46,576 nucleotides of DNA from Prasinococcaceae sp. CCMP 1430 (lineage: Eukaryota > Plantae > Prasinodermophyta). A program made the translations under genes and the position numbers. Below the pieces are notes generated by a model that had not been told where the DNA came from, did not search any database, and saw only the letters and a program-made list of their open reading frames with translations. Location: the NCBI GenBank assembly GCA_013416795.1, contig RQSC01000017.1:205072-251647 (forward strand), given 5' to 3'. Positions 45,998 through 46,576 of the stretch are shown here, in pieces (position 1 is the stretch's first letter; each line of letters begins with the position of its first letter).

Positions 45998-46552
45998 TCA
46001 AAAGTATGGGGCGTACGTCTCCTCTATCTCCTTGGAGAGCTTGAGCGGTATGCTCACCGCGCGCGCGCCCACCGTGTCGCACCAGGGCCGCTTGCGCGTG
46101 GCGATAATCTGCTGCACGACGTCGTCCGCCACCCCCCACTCCTCCAGGAAGCCTGCGACCACATCCATCTGCTCCATGAATTGCGCCTCGCTCATCTGAA
46201 AGGACTGCATCTCAAAGTACTTCCACATGACCTGGCAATAGAAGCCGAACTTGTCAGGCTGCAGTGGGTCGCGCCGGCGAACGATGCGCACCTCGTACGA
46301 CGCACCGTACTTGTCGTTCATGAGCTGGCGCAGCCCCCAGCCGTCGAGCCGCTCGCGCTCGTCCGCATTGCCAGCTCCTCCCTCGTCTGCGCCAGCGCTC
46401 GCAGCAGCGGCAGCGGCGGGGGCATACTGCGCCATGAGCTTCTCTCTCAGCGCCGCCGTCGCCTCGTCCTCTTCCTCCTCCTCGGCCTCGGTGTAGTCCT
46501 CTGAGTCGCGCGGCTTTGCGCACGTGGCCACTCGCGCCCGCGGCGCCCGCAC
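45998..46552 (-). CDS. DUF3067 plastid/cyanobacterial-type protein, 5' partial
   Basis: KYGASYEV, QVMWKYFEMQSF.MSEAQF, FLEEWGV, RKRP..AVSIPL. Confidence 0.85.
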   Translation of the reverse strand: MRAPRARVATCAKPRDSEDYTEAEEEEEDEATAALREKLMAQYAPAAAAAASAGADEGGAGNADERERLDGWGLRQLMNDKYGASYEVRIVRRRDPLQPDKFGFYCQVMWKYFEMQSFQMSEAQFMEQMDVVAGFLEEWGVADDVVQQIIATRKRPWCDTVGARAVSIPLKLSKEIEETYAPYF

Positions 46553-46576
46553 CTGCACGCGCGCGCGCGGCCCTGC

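Noticed and set aside
1-46576. tRNA, rRNA, transposase or reverse transcriptase genes
   Set aside because: None recognised by eye on either strand.

Overview
Gene-dense, very GC-rich eukaryotic nuclear DNA with short GT-AG introns (GTGCG-type donors, CTGAC branch points). Plant-type genes (HPAT, SANT-family HDAC partner, DUF3067, class IV aminotransferase) point to a green alga; a prasinophyte/prasinodermophyte is my inference. About 21 protein-coding loci: organellar uL10, GFAT, Kintoun/PF13, an 89-aa three-exon orphan, a mitochondrial carrier, STT3, And-1/Ctf4, a frameshifted lamin-tail/CUB/Tyr-repeat gene, PF16, EED/FIE, an orphan PDI-like first exon, a G3P/Pi MFS transporter, a DnaJ-thioredoxin-ARMET_C protein, an SR-like protein, a SANT/Tudor-like protein, HPAT, a LamG protein, a CEP112-like protein, NOPCHAP1-like, DAAT/ADC lyase, a bacterial-type Fhs, an unknown membrane protein and DUF3067. 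Most notable are the CUB/Tyr-octapeptide island bracketed by telomere-like motifs, a candidate selenoprotein exon, several genes with missing or mismatched 5' ends (possibly assembly artefacts), a bacterial-type Fhs head-to-head with a folate-pathway gene, and recurrent palindromic intergenic motifs. All family calls come from motif recognition by eye; no database searches were run.
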